A stretch of DNA of 61,917 nucleotides, filler included. It is 15 parts of 15 records of this genome, joined end to end, with 100 filler letters (N's around TTAATTAATTAA, not from the genome) between each part and the next. Parts side by side here need not be neighbours in the genome. Positions count along the whole stretch, not along the records: positions 57,772 to 61,917 come from SRR11831580_1996; 14 more parts are not named here. One strand, written 5' to 3'. The notes under the pieces are model-generated. The model saw nothing but the letters and a program-made list of their open reading frames with translations, did no database searches and was not told the DNA's origin. A program made the translations under genes and the position numbers. Position 1 is the first letter of the stretch. Every line of letters begins with the position of its first letter. Below, piece by piece: positions 59,228 through 61,917 of this stretch.

Positions 59228-60547
59228 GTGAATTTTCCCAGACAGTCCCCGAACTGGTTGCCTGGGCCAGAAAAAATGACTTCTCCATCTCGCTGCCGGT
59301 AGACCGACTCTCGTTTTCTGCTGGCGGTTGCCACGCTGAACGGCGAGCGTCTGGATGGTGAGATGAGTGAAGGCGAGCTGGTGGATGCATTCCGCCATGT
59401 GAGTGATGCGTTTGAGCAAACCAGCGAAACCATCGGCGTGCGCGCCAATAACGCGATCAACGACATGGTGCGTCAACGTCTGCTGAACCGCTTTACCAGC
59501 GAGCAGGCGGAAGGGAACGCAATTTACCGTCTGACGCCGCTCGGCATCGGCATTACTGACTACTACATCCGTCAGCGCGAGTTTTCTACGCTGCGTCTTT
59601 CTATGCAGTTGTCGATTGTGGCGGGTGAGCTCAAACGCGCAGCAGATGCCGCCGAAGAGGGCGGTGATGAATTTCACTGGCACCGTAATGTCTATGCGCC
59701 ACTGAAATATTCGGTAGCAGAAATTTTCGACAGTATCGACCTGACGCAACGTCTGATGGACGAACAGCAGCAGCAGGTGAAGGACGATATCGCCCAGTTG
59801 CTGAACAAAGACTGGCGGGCGGCGATTTCCAGCTGTGAATTGTTGCTTTCGGAAACTTCCGGAACGCTGCGTGAATTGCAGGATACGCTGGAAGCGGCAG
59901 GCGACAAATTGCAGGCTAATCTGTTGCGCATTCAGGATGCGACGATGACCCATGACGATCTGCATTTCGTCGATCGTCTGGTGTTCGATCTGCAGAGCAA
60001 ACTCGATCGTATTATCAGTTGGGGCCAGCAATCCATCGACTTGTGGATTGGCTACGACCGCCACGTACACAAATTTATTCGTACCGCGATCGATATGGAT
60101 AAAAACCGCGTCTTTGCTCAGCGGTTACGTCAGTCGGTACAAACCTATTTTGATGAGCCGTGGGCGCTAACTTATGCCAATGCCGATCGTCTGCTGGATA
60201 TGCGTGACGAAGAGATGGCACTGCGCGATGAAGAAGTGACTGGGGAACTTCCTGAGGATCTGGAATACGAAGAGTTTAACGAGATCCGCGAACAGCTGGC
60301 GGCGATCATCGAAGAACAACTTGCCGTGTACAAAACCAGACAAGTGCCGCTGGATCTTGGTCTGGTGGTACGCGAATATCTGTCACAGTATCCGCGTGCA
60401 CGTCACTTTGACGTTGCGCGTATTGTTATTGATCAGGCGGTACGTCTTGGCGTAGCGCAAGCAGATTTCACCGGACTGCCAGCGAAATGGCAGCCGATTA
60501 ATGATTACGGAGCCAAGGTACAGGCGCATGTCATCGACAAATATTGA
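59224..60547 (+). CDS. mukF: Kleisin MukF, with an apparent +1 insertion near 59313
   Basis: [30 protein letters not shown] then a frame switch; the span is 1324 nt (3n+1). Confidence 0.93.
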
Positions 60548-61232
60548 ACAAGTGATGCCGGTTAAGCTGGCGCAGGCGCTGGCGAATCCGTTATTTCCGG
60601 CGCTGGACAGCGCCTTACGTTCAGGACGCCATATTGGCCTCGACGAACTGGATAATCATGCATTCCTGATGGATTTTCAGGAATATCTGGAAGAGTTTTA
60701 CGCGCGTTATAACGTTGAGCTTATTCGCGCACCAGAAGGGTTCTTCTATTTACGCCCACGTTCCACCACGCTGATCCCTCGTTCCGTCTTGTCGGAACTG
60801 GATATGATGGTCGGGAAAATCCTCTGTTATCTCTATCTCAGCCCGGAACGGCTGGCGAATGAGGGGATTTTCACCCAGCAGGAACTGTACGACGAACTGC
60901 TCACCCTGGCCGATGAAGCAAAACTGCTGAAACTGGTGAACAACCGTTCAACCGGTTCAGACGTTGACCGTCAGAAGTTGCAGGAGAAAGTACGTTCTTC
61001 GCTCAACCGTCTGCGTCGTTTAGGCATGGTGTGGTTTATGGGCCACGACAGCAGCAAGTTTCGCATTACCGAATCGGTGTTCCGCTTCGGAGCCGATGTG
61101 CGTGCTGGCGACGATCCCCGTGAAGCACAGCGTCGCCTGATTCGTGATGGCGAAGCAATGCCGATTGAAAATCATCTGCAACTCAACGATGAAACCGAAG
61201 AGAATCAGCCAGATAGCGGAGAGGAAGAATAA
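60528..61232 (+). CDS. mukE: MukE
   Basis: [16 protein letters not shown]...; 234 aa. Confidence 0.96.
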
Positions 61233-61917
61233 TGATTGAACGCGGTAAATTTCGCTCACTGACGCTGATTAACTGGAACGGCTTTTTTGCCCGAACTTTT
61301 GACCTTGACGAGCTGGTCACGACGCTTTCTGGCGGTAACGGGGCGGGTAAATCCACCACCATGGCGGCGTTCGTTACGGCGCTGATCCCCGACCTGACCC
61401 TGCTGCATTTCCGTAACACTACGGAAGCCGGGGCCACCAGCGGTTCGCGCGATAAAGGTCTGCACGGTAAGCTGAAAGCGGGTGTCTGTTATTCGATGCT
61501 CGACACCATTAACTCGCGCCACCAGCGCGTGGTGGTCGGTGTGCGTCTGCAACAGGTTGCCGGACGCGATCGTAAAGTGGATATCAAGCCGTTTGCCATT
61601 CAGGGACTGCCGATGTCGGTGCAGCCGACACAGCTGGTGACCGAAACCCTGAACGAACGCCAGGCGCGCGTGCTGCCGCTTAACGAGCTGAAAGACAAGC
61701 TCGAGGCGATGGAAGGCGTGCAGTTTAAACAGTTCAACTCCATTACTGATTACCACTCGCTGATGTTCGATCTGGGCATCATCGCGCGTCGTCTGCGCTC
61801 CGCATCTGACCGTAGCAAATTCTATCGTCTGATCGAAGCTTCGCTGTATGGCGGGATCTCCAGTGCCATTACCCGTTCTCTGCGCGACTACCTGTTGCCA
61901 GAAAACAGCGGCGTGCG
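61232..61917 (+). CDS. mukB: SMC-like MukB, 5' part
   Basis: [19 protein letters not shown], Walker [10 protein letters not shown]; cut by the window end. Confidence 0.96.
   Translation, partial: MIERGKFRSLTLINWNGFFARTFDLDELVTTLSGGNGAGKSTTMAAFVTALIPDLTLLHFRNTTEAGATSGSRDKGLHGKLKAGVCYSMLDTINSRHQRVVVGVRLQQVAGRDRKVDIKPFAIQGLPMSVQPTQLVTETLNERQARVLPLNELKDKLEAMEGVQFKQFNSITDYHSLMFDLGIIARRLRSASDRSKFYRLIEASLYGGISSAITRSLRDYLLPENSGV

Noticed and set aside
58442-61917. mukFEB-like genes as a Wadjet/Mks defence system
   Set aside because: This is the housekeeping cmoM-mukFEB operon next to elyC, not a jet/mks locus.

Overview
This window is not contiguous. It is 15 short contigs of an Escherichia coli K-12-type draft assembly, joined by 14 artificial 100-nt spacers (N-run/TTAATTAATTAA/N-run), so adjacency across a spacer carries no biological meaning. 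Thirteen contigs are chromosomal: glyV'-orn-rsgA-psd-mscM-yjeONM'; mzrA'-yqjA-exuR-exuT-uxaCA'; the yih sulfoquinovose genes; fhuE'-hinT-ycfL-lpoB-thiK'; viaA'-asnA-asnC-mioC-oriC-mnmG'; fimD'FGH'; mutL'-miaA-hfq-hflX'; rep'-yifN-ppiC-ilvC-ilvY-ilvA'; focB'-perM-bepA'; yjbI-malM'; entF'-fepE'; murR'-ucpA-cysP'; and elyC'-cmoM-mukFEB'. One contig is the F-plasmid transfer region (traK'-B-P-trbD-G-traV-R-C'). One is an essentially complete Tn1000 (gamma-delta) with tnpA, res, tnpR and the AT-rich cargo gene tnpX. Two observations stand out. (1) TnpX fuses a P-loop ATPase to a C-terminal PD-(D/E)xK-like nuclease, the architecture of a single-gene anti-phage system. (2) A near-consensus sigma70 promoter overlaps the stop codon of the orphan PemK/MazF-like gene yifN and would drive a ~68-nt two-hairpin RNA ending in an intrinsic terminator, a candidate RNA antitoxin. 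A loxP half-site in fhuE and several homopolymer frameshifts are best explained as 454 sequencing artefacts. Gene names come from recognising sequences from memory; no database search was run.
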